Below, in pieces: positions 63,895 to 64,000 of a stretch of 64,000 nucleotides of DNA. Position 1 is the stretch's first letter. The number at the start of each line of letters is the position of its first letter. The position numbers and the translations under genes were made by a program. The notes under the pieces were generated by a model. It was given only the letters and a program-made list of their open reading frames with translations. It made no database searches and was not told where the DNA came from. The stretch is from Vicugna vicugna (lineage: Eukaryota), in NCBI GenBank assembly GCA_013265495.1, contig MU058451.1, positions 1,774,167 to 1,838,166 on the forward strand. The letters run 5' to 3'.

Positions 63895-64000
63895 TGTCAA
63901 AAATAAACAAAGCTGGACATTACTTAAAATGGTGAAAACAGATTTTATTTGCTAACCGCTGATGGTAGGGGAAAGGGCAGAGCTCCATTCTGAACTGCAA
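63895..64000 (-). mobile_element. 3' end of an ERV1-like LTR running off the window
   Basis: Minus strand has AATAAA ~50 nt before a terminal ...tttttgaCA; plus-strand tgtcaaaaataaacaaagctggaca...cagattttatt resembles antisense ERV1 LTR ends. Confidence 0.55.

Noticed and set aside
1..64000. CRISPR array, operon, phage, defence or other prokaryote-type system; intact autonomous TE
   Set aside because: No regularly spaced repeats, no dense long ORFs and no RT, integrase or transposase frames; the sequence is typical eutherian non-coding DNA

Overview
Mammalian (eutherian) non-coding genomic DNA: AT-rich, CpG-depleted and packed with decayed interspersed repeats (MIR, L2, L1 3' ends, MaLR/MLT1 and ERV1-type solo LTRs, hAT-Charlie MER5/MER20/MER33/MER58 and a Tigger-like element). 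A young tRNA-Ala-derived SINE with a target-site duplication at 32771-32886 resembles the camelid vic-1 SINE. Cetartiodactyl-type L1 3' ends are present and I saw no Alu, B1, BovA/BovB or PRE1, so the source is probably a camelid (inference). I recognise no known protein-coding exon, RNA gene, CRISPR array or prokaryote-type system. The window looks like a large intron or intergenic interval, and nearly all ORF-track entries are chance ORFs, many inside repeats. The most interesting signals are modest: (1) an orphan ~210-bp CpG island at ~37 kb; (2) a speculative minus-strand spliced 136-aa ORF starting just downstream of an ERV LTR at the window end, plus further candidate exons; (3) local weak-to-strong substitution bias or CpG excess in ancient repeats; (4) a consensus CTCF core at 39.0 kb; (5) a few micro-rearrangement signatures. 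Repeat subfamily names come from my recall of consensus sequences, and boundaries are approximate unless a TSD or TIR is quoted.
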